Below, in pieces: positions 50,501 to 52,166 of a stretch of DNA of 52,166 nt (position 1 is its first letter; every line of letters begins with the position of its first letter). The translations under genes and the position numbers were made by a program. Where the stretch lies: contig JAQGDQ010001017.1 of assembly GCA_030141605.1 (NCBI GenBank), forward strand, positions 1 through 52,166. Reading direction: 5' to 3'. This DNA is from Tubiluchus corallicola (Eukaryota; Animalia; Priapulida). The notes under the pieces are model-generated. The model saw only the letters and a program-made list of their open reading frames with translations. It was not told the origin of the DNA and made no database searches.

Positions 50501-51875
50501 CGCTAGGTTCTAAACCTTCACTGGGAGAATTTTCGAAGAAGGGCTGTACATCAGATAAATAGATATCCCACCATCTACGAAGAAAACCTGATTCATAGTC
50601 ATCCGAAAAATTGACGTTTACATATTCAGTATAATCCCAGGGCTTCTTTCGGCCTAAAAAGTGCGCAACTTTAATCTTGCTACTGAACTGCTTCATTGCA
50701 GGAAGGTAACCGTAACGACCTTGGACGGCAGCATTATACACAAAAGGTAGGCGCTTGTCAAACTGTAAACTCCAGTTCGGAAAGGCTAAATTTAATAACC
50801 CCTGATCACCGCCATCGAATGAACAGGCCTCAGTTTGTGATAGTGACATCAATCTACTGTAAGTTTCCAAATTAGGCTGAAATACAAACATTCCAGAATT
50901 AAAACAATCAGGCCACCCCACATCTGGGGCAGCCGCAAGCTCATCATAATTGAATAACTCATCAATGTTATCTAATACTAAAGTATCAGCATCTAAGTAA
51001 ACGCACTTTGTAAACTGTGTCATAGCCCAGCAGTGCAATTTCGAGAATGTTACATTTAGCTCTGGCCTACCTAGCAAATGCAAGTTATCAAAATCACTAC
51101 TCTTTAATAAATCAATCATCTGTACATAATCAAAAACATTACTAAGCTCTGCCATAACTCTGCTAGAAACAGTATGGGTGACCAAAATTGCTAGATGTCG
51201 AGTTGTACCAGTTCGACGCAAACTGTGTGCCAAGACAAGAGCTCCCTTAGCATAACTGTCGTTCGTTGCCATGGTGAGATAGGCCTCCATAGACGTATGA
51301 TGAACTGCAGGCTTGGTGTCTGATGACTGGGCTTTGGTGACGTCACGCACTCCTTGAAGCCAATCGGTAACCTTGTCCTTGGTTGACATGGGTTTCCTAG
51401 CTAAAGTCTCGTCTTTGATTTCAGGCGAGGTGACGGTTGTACGCGACTTCTGACTGGTTGCACTGCTATGTGAAGCAACTTCACTCTCAAGTCTTAACTG
51501 TTTTAACTTCATTGCTTTTAATTTCAGCTCCTGTTCCTGAATCTTAATCTCATGCAACTTTAATTCCCTGGCACTTTTCTTCGACCGTCTCGTAGATTTC
51601 GAATGACTAGCACCTGAAGATGCTTTGGAAGGGCTGCGCTCGCCAACTTGATGCTGCGCTGTCGCTGTAGCTGCGTCAGCATACGACGACGTACCAGACG
51701 CTTCACATGACGTCACATTATATGAATGATCTGGTTTCTGCTGACTTGCTAAGAGTCTGTGAATTAGCTCTTCTTTACTACCAGAAACTGACAGTTGTTT
51801 GGCCCGCAGCATTTCTCGCAGCTGATCACGGGTCGTATTTTTTAATTTCTCCCTTGTTGTTTGGTCCGACATCAT
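47520..51875 (-). CDS. gag-pol: BEL/Pao Gag-Pol N-terminal part: SAP - glycogenin (GT8) - Gag - zinc knuckles - aspartic protease - reverse transcriptase; ends at premature TAA
   Basis: LETFDGDVMKFWSF (Gag), CFLC/CFNC/CDVEGC..H....H, ALLDPGS (PR), FLPHFPV, RIVFDAA, ADIREMFHQ, NFYVDDLL (RT). Confidence 0.95.
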   Translation of the reverse strand: MMSDQTTREKLKNTTRDQLREMLRAKQLSVSGSKEELIHRLLASQQKPDHSYNVTSCEASGTSSYADAATATAQHQVGERSPSKASSGASHSKSTRRSKKSARELKLHEIKIQEQELKLKAMKLKQLRLESEVASHSSATSQKSRTTVTSPEIKDETLARKPMSTKDKVTDWLQGVRDVTKAQSSDTKPAVHHTSMEAYLTMATNDSYAKGALVLAHSLRRTGTTRHLAILVTHTVSSRVMAELSNVFDYVQMIDLLKSSDFDNLHLLGRPELNVTFSKLHCWAMTQFTKCVYLDADTLVLDNIDELFNYDELAAAPDVGWPDCFNSGMFVFQPNLETYSRLMSLSQTEACSFDGGDQGLLNLAFPNWSLQFDKRLPFVYNAAVQGRYGYLPAMKQFSSKIKVAHFLGRKKPWDYTEYVNVNFSDDYESGFLRRWWDIYLSDVQPFFENSPSEGLEPSVKQTTPFFHAAFKSPQVEQTLNISARDFVPGNTQLPLPATSPQASYGNGIQNNSRNFSGRASQNDMNVFMDLMLEGQRQHLNMYNAMQLPHVQLETFDGDVMKFWSFIKRFEASVENYTQDDAARYTRLAQLCIGKAKRVVDSCNYMDPRFAYGHAKQLLTERFGSPFVVTQAWLSRIAEFEPIKINEPGKLQEFSDLIVACVETLKIMNNVCEISTQCSLLQIIKKLPFKFQDRWKDVVARLLKYEHRNPTIFDVVEFIKDAADKMNHPVFGDINVSLPTRSPKGKRDTKARNFASSAQETASITKCNSERQPGNTTGSGGKMASQRLEMPCFLCNSTEHRSLRLCNKFKSMNDTDRLKTARREGLCFNCLIKGKHRAARCFKAGCDVEGCRRKHSNLLHAALEKMSPSKNNDGSKEEKALTHCKPEASSSCASIKEGGKVALPVVSVLVEVDGKMPVRTLALLDPGSTNTFCTKALFDKLGATGQERTLSLTTIEEKYSKINTLITKMSVTGVNTGNKIALPHVFVRPALLLEKDCLAFSKDVEQWPHLQGLPLSFTDTEDLTELGLLIGQDVPDALIPLEVRTGPRLTPYAVKTKLGWTLNGPIGGGVPNLGRICSNLTQANALSYGETNSLQQQIKQFWKIETSESDRHFSRDDMRALDIWEASITKTHGHYQLDIPFKSENDVLPDTLQMASSRLESLRKRLQRNTELHNRYTIAMNDLFMKGYAEEVDEDDDPTSRKWFLPHFPVFNANKPEKTRIVFDAAAETNEISLNKLALQGPDLTNTCIGVLLRFRENPIAVMADIREMFHQVIVSPKHRNMLRFLWWKDGNLNSQPRTFRMCVHLFGGVWSPSVASFALQRTAKDNADLFPANVVATVLRNFYVDDLLKSLNTVNEAIQLVSQLTALLSLGGFHITKWISNRREVLASVPAEERGSEVKNLDLTQSPLPTDRILGVKWLVEEDCLGILVSLKDKPSTKRGMLSCISSVYDP
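50541..51290 (-). other. Glycogenin catalytic domain (GT8), aa 196-445 of the Gag-Pol ORF
   Basis: TMATNDSYAKGALVL, RPELNVTFSKLHCW, YLDADTLVL, AAPDVGWPDCFNSG, SFDGGDQGLLN, LPFVYN, YGYLPA, HFLGRKKPW, WWDIY, collinear with animal glycogenin-1 as I recall it. Confidence 0.95.
51741..51845 (-). other. SAP DNA-binding motif, aa 11-45 of Gag-Pol
   Basis: LKNTTRDQLREMLRAKQLSVSGSKEELIHRL fits L-x7-L-x3-L-x4-L-x2-SG-x-K-x2-LI-x-RL. Confidence 0.8.
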
Positions 51876-52038
51876 TTAGGTGTGTTCAACTTTAAACATG
51901 ACCAAATAACTTCTCCTGTCTACAAAAGTCAATCTATGTACGCGAAACAGTAGCTAAACCGGAAGTAGGTCACAATCTGGGTCATATGTTGACTGTATAA
52001 AAATGTCCACTCTGGATTGTCGAATGCCGATATAAAAT

Positions 52039-52166
52039 TGTTTGGGCTTTACGGAGACAAACAAACAAAGTCATCATTCGCTCAGTGTAACTGTTTATTG
52101 TTTGTACTATTTTCATGGCACATGCCCCGTAGTCATATTTGCTTCATCCCAAAATATTACATTTTA
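52039..52166 (-). repeat. 5' LTR, partial (window ends inside it)
   Basis: Identical to 44838-44965. Confidence 0.93.

Larger units (their letters stand above)
44838..52166 (-). mobile_element. BEL/Pao LTR retrotransposon carrying SAP and glycogenin domains (5' LTR cut by window end)
   Basis: Two LTRs, PPT, and a single Gag-PR-RT-RH-IN frame with the BEL-type triple Cys/His cluster. Confidence 0.96.

Noticed and set aside
50541-51290. Host glycogenin gene accidentally merged with a transposon ORF
   Set aside because: No introns or splice signals needed; in frame on both sides and internal to the LTR pair.

Overview
AT-rich, intron-containing animal (invertebrate-type) genomic DNA, densely populated with transposable elements. 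Host genes: (1) the last large exon of a polycystin-1-family (PKD1L/REJ-type) channel gene at 2358-3400 (+); (2) an intronless type-II membrane GT-A-fold glycosyltransferase at 5955-7040 (-); (3) a second PKD1-like gene on + from about 10561 to beyond 44518. I rebuilt 17 phase-compatible exons of it by hand: signal peptide-TSP1-WSC-EGF-PKD-REJ-helical/GAIN-like region, continuing past the window. The standout is a young BEL/Pao LTR retrotransposon (44838 to beyond 52166, - strand; LTRs identical over the 128 comparable bp). Its Gag-Pol ORF carries an N-terminal SAP motif and, in frame ahead of the Gag core, a complete intronless glycogenin (GT8) catalytic domain with the catalytic residues and the autoglucosylation Tyr retained. 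The ORF has one in-frame stop in the conserved DPLG motif. Also present: a 5S-rRNA-headed RTE-type SINE, an interstitial TTAGGG array, Tc1, piggyBac-like and hAT non-autonomous elements, two solo-LTR families, LINE and Penelope relics, minisatellites, long hairpins, and a 2.4-kb fold-back at the window start that is probably a read/assembly artefact. All family assignments come from motif recognition by eye; no searches were run.
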